Origin: Bacilli bacterium
Lineage (GTDB): Bacteria; Bacillota_I; Bacilli_A; RFN20; CAG-826
Length of the DNA stretch: 64,000 bases
Assembly: GCA_024399115.1 (NCBI GenBank)
Contig: JAKSHZ010000004.1
Span: 52-64,051 of the forward strand
Direction of reading: 5' to 3'
Each line of letters starts with the position of its first letter. Position 1 is the first letter of the stretch. The notes beneath the pieces are model-generated. The model did no database searches. It was given only the letters and a program-made list of their open reading frames with translations, and was not told the DNA's origin. The position numbers and the translations under genes are program-made. Shown here one piece after another: positions 29,194-39,728 of this stretch.

Positions 29194-30804
29194 TTAAATT
29201 TCTTCGTCTTCCATCTTTACTGCAGCTGGAATTTTAGGCAATCCAGGCATTGTCATGACAGCTCCAGTTAACGCAACAACAAAGTTGGCGCCTGCAGAAA
29301 GTCTAACTTCTCTGATAGTAATTGTGAATCCGCTTGGAGCACCAAGAATTTTTGGGTTATCAGTTAAACTTTGTGGAGTTTTTGCAATACAAACAGGTGT
29401 TTTATCAAATCCTAACTTTGTATAATCGTCGATTTGCTTATTAGCGTTCTCTGAATATACAATTTCAGAAGCACCATATATTTCTTTACAAATAGTTTCA
29501 ATCTTCTCTTTAATTGGCTTATTTGCATCATAAAGAGGAGCGTAATTGCTTTCTTTAGTCTCTAAAGTCTTCATAACTTTTCTTGCTAAATCTTCAGCAC
29601 CTTTACCACCATCGCCGAAAGCACTGCAGTATGCATATTCATAACCATTTTCTTCACACCAATTAGATAAAGCTTTAGTTTCTTCTTCTGTGTCAGAAGC
29701 GAAATGATTTATGCATACAACGATAGGTAATCCGTATTTTGCAATATTATCAAGATGTTTTTTCAAGTTACAAACACCAGCCTTTAAAGCATCGATATTT
29801 TCATTTTGCAAGTCTTCAAAAGCCTGTCCACCATGCATTTTAAGAGCACGAATAGTAGCAACCATAACTACTGCGTCAGGTTTTAAACCACCAACTCTAC
29901 ACTTGATGTCTAAGAACTTTTCAGCACCTAAATCAGCGCCGAATCCTGCTTCTGTAACTACGACTGGAGCAAGTTTTAAAGCCATTTTAGTAGCAATAAT
30001 TGAATTACAGCCGTGAGCAATATTAGCAAAAGGGCCACCATGAATGATTGCTGGATTTCCTTCTAATGTTTGAACAAGATTTGGATTTAAAGCATTCTTC
30101 ATAAGCTTCATAATTGCGTGAGAGATCTTTAAATCCTTAATTGTGACTGGATTCCCATCGAAATTATAAGCAACGATTATTCTATTTACTCTATCTTGGA
30201 ATTCTTGAGGATTGTTTGCTAAACACATAATAGCCATCAATTCACTAGCAACAGTGATAACAAATTCATCGTCTCGAGGTTGACCTTTCTTTTCGCCTTG
30301 CATAACAGTTACTTTTCTTAAAGCTCTGTCATTCATATCGAGTGCTCTCTTCCAGAGAATTCTAGAAGAATCGATTCCTAATTCATTTCCTTGGAAAATA
30401 TGATTATCAATAATTGCAGAAATTAAGTTTATTGATGAAGTTAAGGCATGCATATCACCGGTAAAGTGAAGATTAATGTCCTCAGATGGAATAACAGATG
30501 CTTTACCACCACCTGTAGCACCGCCTTTAATACCAAAAACAGGTCCTAAAGAAGGTTCTCTTAATGCTACGATAGATGGAACACCTATAGAGTTTAATCC
30601 ATCGTGTAAACCAATACTGGTTGTAGTTTTACCTTCTCCAGCTTTTGTTGGAGTAATGGCTGTAACTAAAACAAGTTTTCCATTAGGCTTGTCTTTGAGA
30701 CTGTCCATAATGGCGAAATCGATTTTCGCTTTATCGTATCCGTAAGGGATGAGATACTTCTCATCAATGTTTGCTTTCTTTGCTATTTCGAAAATATTAC
30801 TCAT
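29194..30804 (-). CDS. fhs: formate--tetrahydrofolate ligase
   Basis: P-loop PTKAGEGKTTT and overall similarity to FTHFS; 536 aa. Confidence 0.9.
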   Translation of the reverse strand: MSNIFEIAKKANIDEKYLIPYGYDKAKIDFAIMDSLKDKPNGKLVLVTAITPTKAGEGKTTTSIGLHDGLNSIGVPSIVALREPSLGPVFGIKGGATGGGKASVIPSEDINLHFTGDMHALTSSINLISAIIDNHIFQGNELGIDSSRILWKRALDMNDRALRKVTVMQGEKKGQPRDDEFVITVASELMAIMCLANNPQEFQDRVNRIIVAYNFDGNPVTIKDLKISHAIMKLMKNALNPNLVQTLEGNPAIIHGGPFANIAHGCNSIIATKMALKLAPVVVTEAGFGADLGAEKFLDIKCRVGGLKPDAVVMVATIRALKMHGGQAFEDLQNENIDALKAGVCNLKKHLDNIAKYGLPIVVCINHFASDTEEETKALSNWCEENGYEYAYCSAFGDGGKGAEDLARKVMKTLETKESNYAPLYDANKPIKEKIETICKEIYGASEIVYSENANKQIDDYTKLGFDKTPVCIAKTPQSLTDNPKILGAPSGFTITIREVRLSAGANFVVALTGAVMTMPGLPKIPAAVKMEDEEI

Positions 30805-31486
30805 TATCTTCGCCCTCCTTCATAAAATATGAAATTACATAATGTGTGATGTTAAGTCCTGCAGAAGATGGAACTGTCATAATTGAATTAAGCCTTCCAT
30901 TATATGGAACACTTTCCTCTTCTGACCAAACTACATTAACTTTATTTAATACTAACCCATTTTGTTTAAAAATGTATCTAATTCTTTTAGCTAACGGATC
31001 ATTAAACGTTTTATTTAATGTAGAAATCTTCACCTTTGATGGATCAAATCTATTAGCCATACCTAGTGATATAACGTAAGGTATACCGAGTTGAGTACAT
31101 TTTTGAGCTATATATAACTTGCCCTCAACATCGTCTATTGCATCAATCACAAAATCTACTTTTTCCGAGAAATCATAATCTTGTGCCTTACAGTTATGGA
31201 CTGAAATGTTTAAATTTGGATTGATATCAATCAACTTTTCTTTTGCCGCTTCTGCTTTTGCCTTGCCAATATCTTTAGATGTAAATAAGATTTGGCGATT
31301 GATATTACTCTCGTCGACGTTATCAAAGTCAATTAGCACGATATTTGATACTCCCGATCTAACTAGAGCTTCAATTGCTGTGCCGCCAACTCCCCCAAGT
31401 CCAAATATGCAAACCGTTTTATTTGATAAAGCTTTAAAATTTTCATCTCCTAGTAAGCCGATGGATCTTTCAAATATATTACTCAT
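30797..31486 (-). CDS. tcdA: ThiF/MoeB/TcdA-family E1-like protein, probably tRNA threonylcarbamoyladenosine dehydratase
   Basis: Rossmann GLGGVGG with D...N..RQ motifs of the ThiF family. The 229-aa size and lack of a C-terminal Cys pair fit TcdA/CsdL better than MoeB. Confidence 0.5.
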   Translation of the reverse strand: MSNIFERSIGLLGDENFKALSNKTVCIFGLGGVGGTAIEALVRSGVSNIVLIDFDNVDESNINRQILFTSKDIGKAKAEAAKEKLIDINPNLNISVHNCKAQDYDFSEKVDFVIDAIDDVEGKLYIAQKCTQLGIPYVISLGMANRFDPSKVKISTLNKTFNDPLAKRIRYIFKQNGLVLNKVNVVWSEEESVPYNGRLNSIMTVPSSAGLNITHYVISYFMKEGEDNE

Positions 31487-32351
31487 TCAAAATGACCTCC
31501 TTAGCTTCTTCAATTGTTGAATATGTTTCACAGTTGAATTGGTGCTTAAAGAATGTAACTTGTCTTTTTGCATAGTTTCTACTTCTTTTTTTAATCAACT
31601 CTACACAATCATCATAAGAAATCTCTCCATTGAAATAAGAAATTACTTCCTTATAGCCAATTGCTTCCTTTGCTGTAACAGAGAACGAATATTTAGATAA
31701 TAAATTCTTAACTTCTTCAACCAATCCGCTTTCAAACATGCCGTCAACACGTTTATTGATTCTCTCGTATACCAATTCCCTATTTGGATTAACAAAAATA
31801 AATTTAATGCCATCATATACGAGTTTATGCTCTTGATTAACAATGCTTTCAGACTTAGTTGTGTCGCAACTTCTAGCAACTGAAATCGCGTGAATTACTC
31901 TTTTTCTATTATTCTCATGAATTGTCTTTGTAGATTCAGGATCTAACTTTAGTAAAAGCTCGTATAAAGTATGATTATCCATTTTTTCTAAATCGCTAGT
32001 GTCATCTTCATAAGTTTCAAAAGAGTAGTCATATAAAGCTGCCTTAATATAGAGGCCAGTTCCACCAACAACTACAATGTTTTTATTATCTTTTGAAAGC
32101 TTTTCATAAATTTCCCTGAAATCCTTTTGATATTCCTTAACTGAATATGTTTCTTCAGGTGTAATTTTGTTAATAAGGTAATGCCTTTCAAATCCCTTTT
32201 CGTCAGGCATAATTTTTCCTGTTCCGATATTCATATCTTTGTAAATCTGATAAGCATCACAAGAAATAATTGGGCAATCTAAAACTTCTGCTATATCAAC
32301 AGCCAAAGAAGTTTTTCCAATTCCAGTAGGTCCAAGTATTACATATGTCAT
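31479..32351 (-). CDS. miaA: tRNA dimethylallyltransferase
   Basis: N-terminal GPTGIGKTSLA P-loop and the IPPT family pattern; 290 aa. Confidence 0.85.
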   Translation of the reverse strand: MTYVILGPTGIGKTSLAVDIAEVLDCPIISCDAYQIYKDMNIGTGKIMPDEKGFERHYLINKITPEETYSVKEYQKDFREIYEKLSKDNKNIVVVGGTGLYIKAALYDYSFETYEDDTSDLEKMDNHTLYELLLKLDPESTKTIHENNRKRVIHAISVARSCDTTKSESIVNQEHKLVYDGIKFIFVNPNRELVYERINKRVDGMFESGLVEEVKNLLSKYSFSVTAKEAIGYKEVISYFNGEISYDDCVELIKKRSRNYAKRQVTFFKHQFNCETYSTIEEAKEVILNE

Positions 32352-32363
32352 ACTTGAATAATA

Positions 32364-32390
32364 GCATAAAAAAATCCCAAATGGGATTTA
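32364..32390 (-). terminator. Hairpin terminator or attenuator between ymcA and miaA
   Basis: Minus strand reads AAATCCCA ttt TGGGATTT TTTTATGC. The ymcA stop codon is inside the stem and the miaA ATG follows within 20 nt. Confidence 0.4.
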
Positions 32391-32663
32391 TTTTAAGATA
32401 TCCGATATTAATTTTAACGATTCTGCTAACTGTTCTTCGACCATTCTGAAGTTTACGATGATAGGCAAAGAATTTAACCTACTCATACATTCATCAGCTA
32501 GCTTATTTTCACCATTTCTTTGGTATTCAAGAATAGTTTTTTGAAGATCTTGAATCTCTTTGTCATTATCGATGATTTTCTTTAACCTAAGATACTCTTT
32601 AGCTTCAGGAAGTTCATTAATCTTCTCTTGAATCGCAATTGCATAGTCTATTGCACTACTCAT
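32388..32663 (-). CDS. YmcA/YlbF-family protein (RicA-like)
   Basis: 91-aa helical protein immediately downstream of miaB, as for ymcB-ymcA in B. subtilis; weak family resemblance. Confidence 0.45.
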   Translation of the reverse strand: MSSAIDYAIAIQEKINELPEAKEYLRLKKIIDNDKEIQDLQKTILEYQRNGENKLADECMSRLNSLPIIVNFRMVEEQLAESLKLISDILK

Positions 32664-34095
32664 TTACGACCTCACCAATAAGTGAATAAGTATGAGATTC
32701 AAGGATCTTAACTTTAATAATTGTACCAATTAAACTTTCATCACCTTTAAAGTGGACAAGTTTATTTTCTTCAGTATATCCAGATAACATTCCTTCATCA
32801 GTTTTGCTAACACCGTCAACTAAGACTTTGTATGTATTACCAACCATTTTTAAAGATTTTTCTTGGATAGGTCCTTCAAGGTGTTTAACTAATTCTAAGA
32901 ATCTCTTTGATTTAACTTCATATGGGACATTGTCTTCAATTTTAGCAGCTGGTGTGCCTTTTCTTGGAGAATAAATGAATGTAAATGCTGCCTCATATTT
33001 AACTTCATCTACAAGAGTTAAAGTTTCCTTAAATTCTTCTTCTGTTTCATTTGGGAAACCGACAATAATATCAGTTGATAATGAGAGGTTTGGAATCTTT
33101 TCTCTCATCTCTTTTACTAAATTTAAATATTGTTCTCTTGAATATCTTCTACCCATTGATCTTAAAATTGAATTGCTACCAGATTGGACTGGAAGATGGA
33201 TAAATTTCATTATGTTTGGGTACTTAGCGATAACATCAATCATTTTTGAAGAGAAATCCCAAGGGTGAGAAGTTGTGAATCGTAAGCGTTCGATTCCGAG
33301 TTTTGCAACCTCTTCTAATAAGTCTGCAAAATCTCTTGATTCATTTAAATCCTTTCCGTATGCATTAACGTTTTGACCTAGTAATGTGATTTCCTTATAA
33401 CCAGCATCAACTAAGCTTCTACATTCGTCCATAACGTCATCAAATTTTCTGCTTCTCTCTTTTCCTCTTGTGTAAGGAACAATGCAATAAGTGCAGAATT
33501 TGTTGCAGCCATAAATAATATTAACGAAAGCTTTAAATCTATTAAGTCTACATGCTGGGAGATTTTCTACAACTTCGCCTGGCTTACTTTCAATAGATAC
33601 AATTCTCTCTTTTGATGTAATTGCTGCATAAACCAATGAATAAAGATTGCCGATTTCGTGAGTTCCAAAGTATAAATTTACTTCAGGGAATGTTGTCATA
33701 AGTCTATTTAAGATTTCTGGTTGTTCGACCATACATCCACAAATAGCTAAAACCATACTCTTATTCTTTTTTCTTAAATATTTAAGATTACCGATTTCAC
33801 CATAGACCTTATCTTCGGCATTTTCTCTAACTGCGCATGTATTAATAATGATTAATTCAGCTTCTTCAGGTTCATTTGCAGGAATATAACCTACGTTCTC
33901 AAGCATTCCGCGCATAGTTTCTTCGTCTCGAACGTTAGCTTGGCAACCATAAGTACGAATATAATACTTCTTATCTTTAATGAGTCTTGAAAGCTCGTTT
34001 AAGCTCTCTTCTGACATCTTTGAAAACACTGTTGTAGAAGGCCTTCTATCAGCAGCTTTAATCATATCTGGTGAATTAATAATCTTAGTTTTCAT
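32656..34095 (-). CDS. miaB: tRNA-2-methylthio-N6-dimethylallyladenosine synthase (radical-SAM methylthiotransferase)
   Basis: MTTase N-domain YGCQANVRDEE, radical SAM CNKFCTYC and a C-terminal TRAM domain. The N-terminal 30-40 aa may be an over-extension. Confidence 0.8.
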   Translation of the reverse strand: MKTKIINSPDMIKAADRRPSTTVFSKMSEESLNELSRLIKDKKYYIRTYGCQANVRDEETMRGMLENVGYIPANEPEEAELIIINTCAVRENAEDKVYGEIGNLKYLRKKNKSMVLAICGCMVEQPEILNRLMTTFPEVNLYFGTHEIGNLYSLVYAAITSKERIVSIESKPGEVVENLPACRLNRFKAFVNIIYGCNKFCTYCIVPYTRGKERSRKFDDVMDECRSLVDAGYKEITLLGQNVNAYGKDLNESRDFADLLEEVAKLGIERLRFTTSHPWDFSSKMIDVIAKYPNIMKFIHLPVQSGSNSILRSMGRRYSREQYLNLVKEMREKIPNLSLSTDIIVGFPNETEEEFKETLTLVDEVKYEAAFTFIYSPRKGTPAAKIEDNVPYEVKSKRFLELVKHLEGPIQEKSLKMVGNTYKVLVDGVSKTDEGMLSGYTEENKLVHFKGDESLIGTIIKVKILESHTYSLIGEVVNE

Positions 34096-34879
34096 GTTCG
34101 CTCTCCACGTACTTAATTGTTTTTATATTAATACATTTGAATGTATTGTCATCAATTTTCATAACGACAGCAGATAAAACACCATTGCCATCGTCAGGAG
34201 TTTGCATTTTGCCGGATTCTCCATAAACAATCTTAGGAACGACTGTTTCTTTAGTAAATCCTAAAACGCCATCGTAGAAACCACTCATTCCAACATCTGA
34301 AATAAAAGCAGTTCCATTAGGAAGTACCCTTGCATCATTAGTTTGAATATGTGTATGGGTACCTAATACAGCAGTAACCTTACCATCCATTGCATAAGCG
34401 AATGAACACTTTTCTCCAGTCGCTTCTGCATGATAATCGATGATATGGATGCAATCTTCTTCTTGCTCAGATAAAAGGTCTAGCATCGATAAATAAGGCG
34501 CATTAACGCTTTCTGTCATAAATGCAGAGCCTAAAAGGTTTGTAACTCTAACAGGAATGCCATTAACGTCAAATAAGGCACTTCCTTCGCCTCCAAACTC
34601 GTGTAATAAATTAAGAGGCCTTACTAAGCAATCTACTTTATCAATGTATCTTACGATCTCATTTTTAGATAAATAATGATTGCCTAATGTGATTACATCG
34701 ACGCCAGCGTCGATCAACTCAAAGTAATGGTTTCTAGATAAACCTTTACCATGAGTTGCGTTTTCTCCGTTAGCGATAACGAAATCAACATTATATTTTT
34801 CAACAAATGTTGGAAGATATTCTTTTATCATGCGTCGGCCAACACGACCGACGACGTCCCCAATAAAAAGTATGTTCAA
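34085..34879 (-). CDS. ymdB: 2',3'-cyclic-nucleotide 2'-phosphodiesterase YmdB (metallophosphoesterase)
   Basis: MNILFIGDVVGRVGR N-terminus and GNHY/GTHTH metallophosphatase motifs. Lies immediately after rny, as in Bacilli. Confidence 0.85.
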   Translation of the reverse strand: MNILFIGDVVGRVGRRMIKEYLPTFVEKYNVDFVIANGENATHGKGLSRNHYFELIDAGVDVITLGNHYLSKNEIVRYIDKVDCLVRPLNLLHEFGGEGSALFDVNGIPVRVTNLLGSAFMTESVNAPYLSMLDLLSEQEEDCIHIIDYHAEATGEKCSFAYAMDGKVTAVLGTHTHIQTNDARVLPNGTAFISDVGMSGFYDGVLGFTKETVVPKIVYGESGKMQTPDDGNGVLSAVVMKIDDNTFKCINIKTIKYVESEHEN

Positions 34880-34908
34880 TTTACTGCCATTTCTATGAAA
34901 TAGGGCTA

Positions 34909-36453
34909 CTATTTCGCAATTTCATTTGCTCTGTATTCACGGATAACAGAGATTTTGATTTGACCTGGATAAGTCATTTCGTTTTCAATACGTTCTTTAA
35001 TATCACGTGCTAATTTGAATGCACCGATATCATCAATCTTATCTGGAACTACCATAACACGTAATTCTCTACCTGATTGCATTGCAAAGCTTTGATAAAC
35101 ACCATCGTAAGATTTACAAATTTCTTCGAGTTGTTCGATACGTTTGATGTAGTTTTCTAAGATTTCACTACGAGCACCTGGTCTAGCAGCAGATAATGTA
35201 TCAGCAGCTTGGACTAAGTTAGCGATGATGCTCTTAGCTGGAACATCACCATGGTGAGATTCAATTGAGTTGATAACGATTTCTGGTTCGCCATATTTCT
35301 TTGCTAAGTGAGCACCGACTTCAACGTGGCTACCTTCTTGTTCGAAGTCAACTGATTTACCAATATCGTGTAATAAGCCAGCACGTTTTGCTAAGTTTTG
35401 GTCTAAACCTAATTCAGCTGCCATAGAACCACATAAGTAAGCTACTTCAATTGAGTGTTCTAATGCGTTTTGGCCATATGATGTACGGTATTTTAATCTT
35501 CCGACATAATCTAATAATTCTTTGTTAATTCTAGGTAATCCTAATTTGAAAGCGACATCTTGACCAGTTTTGTGAATAGATTCGTCGACTTCTTTCTTAC
35601 ATTTTTCAACGATTTCTTCAATTCTTCCAGGTTGAATTCTGCCGTCTTTAATTAATGCTTCAAGAGACATTCTAGCGATTTCTCTTCTAATTGGGTTGAA
35701 GCATGAGACTGTAATAACTTCTGGAGTGTCATCAATAATTAATTCAACACCTAAAAGTTGTTCGATTGTTCTAATGTTTCTACCTTCTCTACCGATGATA
35801 CGACCTTTCATTTCGTCACTAGGTAATGCGACGACAGATACGCATCTTTCGATTGTGCATTCTTGAGCGTATTTGCTCATTGCTAAACCAAGCATTTCTT
35901 TAGCTTTAGTTTCGCATTCTTCTTTTGCTTCTTCTTCTTTGTTTTTAATGTAAGCAGCAATTTCAGTAGAGATCTTGCTTTCAACTCTTGAGAATAATTC
36001 GTCCTTAGCTTCTTGAGAAGACATATGAGCGACTTTTTCTAATTCAACAATAATTGAATCGATCTTTGTTTGAAGCAAAGCGTCTTTTGCAGCAACGTCT
36101 TTTAATCTTCTGTTGAGATTTTCAGTTTTGTCGTCTAAAGATTGTTCCTTAGAAGATAAAGCTTGATCTCTTCTGTCGATGTTTTGTTCACGTTGAAGAA
36201 GTTTGTTTTCTTGTTGTGCAATTTCTGCTTTTCTTTCTTGAATTTCTTTGTTAGCTTCTTGTTTCATTTCGATAACAGTTTGTTTGCCATCGAGTTGTGC
36301 ATTTTTTGTGATGTGTTCAGCTTTAATTTCAGCGTCTCTAATAATCTTTTTATAATTCGCTTGTGCGCGTGCCTTTCTAAAGAAAGGAATGAAAAAGACT
36401 AAAGCGGCTCCAACTGCTAAGCTTAGAACACCAGTAATGATGTAACCAATCAT
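34909..36453 (-). CDS. rny: ribonuclease Y
   Basis: N-terminal TM helix, coiled coil, KH domain ([12 protein letters not shown]) and HD domain (HSIEVA...LLHDIGK). Confidence 0.9.
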   Translation of the reverse strand: MIGYIITGVLSLAVGAALVFFIPFFRKARAQANYKKIIRDAEIKAEHITKNAQLDGKQTVIEMKQEANKEIQERKAEIAQQENKLLQREQNIDRRDQALSSKEQSLDDKTENLNRRLKDVAAKDALLQTKIDSIIVELEKVAHMSSQEAKDELFSRVESKISTEIAAYIKNKEEEAKEECETKAKEMLGLAMSKYAQECTIERCVSVVALPSDEMKGRIIGREGRNIRTIEQLLGVELIIDDTPEVITVSCFNPIRREIARMSLEALIKDGRIQPGRIEEIVEKCKKEVDESIHKTGQDVAFKLGLPRINKELLDYVGRLKYRTSYGQNALEHSIEVAYLCGSMAAELGLDQNLAKRAGLLHDIGKSVDFEQEGSHVEVGAHLAKKYGEPEIVINSIESHHGDVPAKSIIANLVQAADTLSAARPGARSEILENYIKRIEQLEEICKSYDGVYQSFAMQSGRELRVMVVPDKIDDIGAFKLARDIKERIENEMTYPGQIKISVIREYRANEIAK

Positions 36454-36675
36454 AATAATAAAAGACCCTTTCTAGTCACAGACTAAAATATAGTTTCGCA
36501 ACTATAAAATTTACCTTAAATACCCGTATTATGCTATGTGCTAGGTTTTTATGTATAACAGGAAAATCCTGATAATAAAGTTCTCAAAAGAGAATATATA
36601 GGTAAGTACCAATCTTTCAGGTACGAAATTATTATAACTTATTATCAGAATTAATAAATATTAAAAATTACTTTT

Positions 36676-36706
36676 AACTTAAAAAGGAACCCTTTGAAGG
36701 ATTCCT
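36676..36706 (-). terminator. Rho-independent terminator after recA
   Basis: Minus strand reads AGGAATCC ttcaaa GGGTTCCT followed by TTTTAAGTT. Confidence 0.6.
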
Positions 36707-36714
36707 CTTAAAAC

Positions 36715-37713
36715 CTAGATCTTTGGAGCAGCCTTGATCTTATCTAAAATCTCAGCACATTTCTCTGGGAAATCAACGAGATATGACTTTGCAGATTCTC
36801 TTCCTTGAGCAATTTTTACTCCATCATACTCGTACCATGCGCCTGATCTTTTAATAATTGCAAGTTCTACTGCTTTATCAAGAATTTCAGCTTCTTTACA
36901 AACGCCTTTTCCATAAATAATGTCGATATCACAAGTTTTAAATGGAGGGCTGACTTTGTTTTTAACAATTTTGACTTTACATGAGTTGCCAATAATCTCA
37001 CCAGAGTCCTTAATTGCTTCGCTTCTTCTAATATCAATTCTAATAGTTGAATAGAATTTTAAAGCACGTCCTCCGGAAGTTGTCTCAGGGTTACCATAAA
37101 TAACACCGACTTTTTCTCTTAATTGGTTAATAAAGATAACCGCAACAGATTTTCTATTAAGAATACCGGCAAGTTTTCTCATTGCCTTTGACATTAAGCG
37201 AGCTTGTAAGCCAACTGATGAATCTGTCATCTCCCCATCTAACTCTGCTTGAGGGACAAGAGCAGCAACTGAATCGACAATAATTAAGTCGAAAGCGCCA
37301 CTCTCAGCAAGCATCTCAACAATCTCAAGAGCTTGCTCACCTGAGTCAGGTTGAGAAAGGATTAATTCATCGACGTTTACACCTAAGTTCTTAGCATACA
37401 CTGGGTCTATTGAGTGTTCTGCGTCGATAAAAGCAGCTCTTCCACCTTGCTTTTGACATTCAGCAATTGCGTGTAAAGCTAGAGTAGTTTTACCACTACT
37501 TTCTGGTCCAAAGATTTCTATGATACGGCCTTTTGGATAACCGCCGACTCCTAATGCGCCATCAATAAGCAAGGAGCCACTTGGAATGACGTCCATATCT
37601 ACTGCTGGACGATCACCAAGTTTCATGACTGAACCTTTACCGAAAAGACGTTGGATTTCTTTCAACGTATCGTTTAAGGCAGATTGATTTTCGATTTTTT
37701 CATCTTTTGTCAT
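36715..37713 (-). CDS. recA: recombinase RecA
   Basis: GPESSGKTT Walker A and RecA loops L1/L2; 332 aa. Confidence 0.95.
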   Translation of the reverse strand: MTKDEKIENQSALNDTLKEIQRLFGKGSVMKLGDRPAVDMDVIPSGSLLIDGALGVGGYPKGRIIEIFGPESSGKTTLALHAIAECQKQGGRAAFIDAEHSIDPVYAKNLGVNVDELILSQPDSGEQALEIVEMLAESGAFDLIIVDSVAALVPQAELDGEMTDSSVGLQARLMSKAMRKLAGILNRKSVAVIFINQLREKVGVIYGNPETTSGGRALKFYSTIRIDIRRSEAIKDSGEIIGNSCKVKIVKNKVSPPFKTCDIDIIYGKGVCKEAEILDKAVELAIIKRSGAWYEYDGVKIAQGRESAKSYLVDFPEKCAEILDKIKAAPKI

Positions 37714-37773
37714 AAAAATACCTCTACTTTATTAAATGGGCCATTTTTCTGATTTTTTGCAAAATTTCTTAAA

Positions 37774-38238
37774 TTATTTTGAAATTAGTGTTCCTAAGAA
37801 CTCATAAGCAATTAAAATTGCTTCATTTCTTACAAAATTTCTAGTTCCTTCGATAATTTTTTCTAACACATGGCAATTTTTACCGTCAAAAACACCAATG
37901 TAGATTAATCCAACAGGCTTTCCTTCCATAGCTGTAGGTCCTGCATTTCCTGTAAAAGAGATGCAATAATCAACATTAAGAACTCTACTTCCTTGGATAG
38001 CCATTTGTTCAGCGCATTCTTTAGAAACTACGCCATATGTATCAACTAAGTCCTTACTTATACCGAGAACATTAACTTTTTCTTCAGTAGCGTATGTAAC
38101 AACTCCACCTTTAAAAAATGTACTCGCACCCGAAATGGAAGTTATCTCACTAGCAAATAAACCGCCAGTAAAAGACTCTACGCTTCCGAGGGTAAGACCT
38201 TTGTTATCAAAATATTGTTTGAGTTTACTTGCTTCCAT
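37774..38238 (-). CDS. cinA: CinA C-terminal domain protein (PncC-like nicotinamide-nucleotide amidohydrolase domain); no N-terminal MoCF domain
   Basis: LGSVESFTGGLFASEIT...VVTYA motif of CinA_C; 154 aa. Confidence 0.75.
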   Translation of the reverse strand: MEASKLKQYFDNKGLTLGSVESFTGGLFASEITSISGASTFFKGGVVTYATEEKVNVLGISKDLVDTYGVVSKECAEQMAIQGSRVLNVDYCISFTGNAGPTAMEGKPVGLIYIGVFDGKNCHVLEKIIEGTRNFVRNEAILIAYEFLGTLISK

Positions 38239-38860
38239 CTTTCTTTCCTACAAATACATCTTTATTTTTGATTAAGTAAATTGCACCAGAAACAACTGAA
38301 GCAATAGTAGCTAAGTAAACTAAAATATTAGGGATTTTTAAAGCAACTGGCCAAGCCGAATCAAAGTATGAGAATGGGAAGTCATTTAATAAAATAGCCC
38401 CAATACATACCATTTCTAACACTGTTTTAAGTTTTCCCCAGATGCTTGCTGCGATGACTCTTCCTTGTGAAGCTGCCATAGAACGCAAAGCATCAATAAT
38501 GATGTCTCTAACGATTAAAATAACAGCACACCAATATGGGAATGCCATTTGTCCTTCATATAAGACTCCAGGAATAGAAAGGAAGATAACTAATGAGTTA
38601 ACTAACATTTTGTCAGCGATAGGGTCTAAGAACTTGCCTAAGTCTGTAATCATGTTACGTTTTCTAGCGATACTACCATCTAGATGGTCAGTATAGCTTG
38701 CAATTACGAAGAAAACGAATAAGCCAAGATATAGCCATGTTAATGGAGTTTCTCCGATTGGATTAATAGTTGGCTTAACAATAGTTAAAACAAATAAAGT
38801 AACAAGCATTACTACAGTAGCAACTATTCTTGAAAATGTGATTTTTGTTGGTAAATTCAT
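38225..38860 (-). CDS. pgsA: CDP-diacylglycerol--glycerol-3-phosphate 3-phosphatidyltransferase
   Basis: CDP-alcohol phosphotransferase motif D..DG..AR...G...D..AD. Start moved to the ATG at 38860 with an AAAGGAG RBS; the track start 38914 is a TTG inside rnpB. Confidence 0.8.
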   Translation of the reverse strand: MNLPTKITFSRIVATVVMLVTLFVLTIVKPTINPIGETPLTWLYLGLFVFFVIASYTDHLDGSIARKRNMITDLGKFLDPIADKMLVNSLVIFLSIPGVLYEGQMAFPYWCAVILIVRDIIIDALRSMAASQGRVIAASIWGKLKTVLEMVCIGAILLNDFPFSYFDSAWPVALKIPNILVYLATIASVVSGAIYLIKNKDVFVGKKDGSK

Positions 38861-38877
38861 AAGAACTCCTTTAGTGA

Positions 38878-39212
38878 GTATTCGACCCTGTAAGCCATGT
38901 TTTGTCGTGGACAATTATTTATCTAAGCAAAGCTTATTGGGACTAGTTCGTTTCCTTTCCCAATCTCCCCTACCAAATTTGGGTTTCTCGCTTGTGGGGT
39001 TTACCGCGTTCCACCTTTGTGTTTCCACAAAGCTTCGTCACTGTGGCACTTTCAGGAGCTCCACCATGGTTTCCTTTAGGTCTTACTCCGCCGTTACGTA
39101 CTCCTACGTACCCAGCCTTATTTATTGGACTGGCGCAAACACTACAGACATCACAGACTGTGCGAGCATGGACTTTCCTCTACCTTACGGCAGCAATTGT
39201 CTAGGTCGAATG
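38878..39212 (-). ncRNA. rnpB: RNase P RNA, type B (Bacillus-type)
   Basis: Reverse complement is near-collinear with B. subtilis rnpB: GTAGAGGAAAGTCCATGCTCGCAC, GAAAGTGCCACAGTGACGAAG, GGTGGAACGCGGTAAACCCC, CGAGAAACCCAAATTTGGTAGGGG, ACATGGCTTACAG. P1 pairs ATTCGACC/GGTCGAAT. Confidence 0.9.
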
Positions 39213-39213
39213 T

Positions 39214-39576
39214 TTATTTAATTGATGTAGGATCAAATCCTTTATTGAAGAGGAATGCCTCTAACTGGTTAATCCTTCTAATAAGATTGATATTGTCGCT
39301 ATTGACACTATCAGTCGGTTTAATATCAGAGAGTCTATTTCTTAATCTAGCGTTCTCAATTTCGAGATGTTTAACCTCATTAGATAGCTGTTTGATTTTG
39401 CTTTCTAATGCTTCTTTCTCCTCATTTCTGATGAGTAAGTTCTTTTCAACAGTTCGATAATCGGCAAGAATTCTATCTAAATATTCGTCAACATCCAATG
39501 GATCATATCCCTTTGGAACAGCTGCGAAAACATGATTTAGAATTTCTTCACTAGATAAAAATAACTTGATTCCCAT
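39214..39576 (-). CDS. gpsB: cell-cycle protein GpsB (DivIVA-domain)
   Basis: N-terminal DivIVA-like LSSEEIL...GYD..DVDEYLD and a C-terminal coiled coil. Lies immediately upstream of rnpB, as in B. subtilis. Confidence 0.75.
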   Translation of the reverse strand: MGIKLFLSSEEILNHVFAAVPKGYDPLDVDEYLDRILADYRTVEKNLLIRNEEKEALESKIKQLSNEVKHLEIENARLRNRLSDIKPTDSVNSDNINLIRRINQLEAFLFNKGFDPTSIK

Positions 39577-39692
39577 AATACCTACTTATGATACTATAGC
39601 CCCTATAATGTATCAATCTTTTTTCAAATTAGAAAAAAGTATAAACAATTAAGAAAACTATGCATTTATAAAGCAAATTTATTACTTTGCTC

Positions 39693-39721
39693 TCATAATT
39701 TTTTGTTCTTAATGCTATAAT
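39693..39721 (+). promoter_or_regulatory. Promoter with extended -10 (TTGTTC, 17-nt spacer, TGcTATAAT); predicted start site is at or next to the exonuclease ATG, i.e. a leaderless mRNA
   Basis: Plus strand reads TTGTTCttaatgcTGcTATAAT, with the -10 ending 7 nt before the ATG at 39729 and no SD. Confidence 0.45.
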
Positions 39722-39728
39722 GCTTGAG

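Noticed and set aside
37714-37773. Possible LexA (Cheo) box upstream of recA (GAAATTAGTGTTC)
   Set aside because: It does not fit GAAC-N4-GTTC spacing (5-nt spacer, degenerate half-site), and no lexA is evident.
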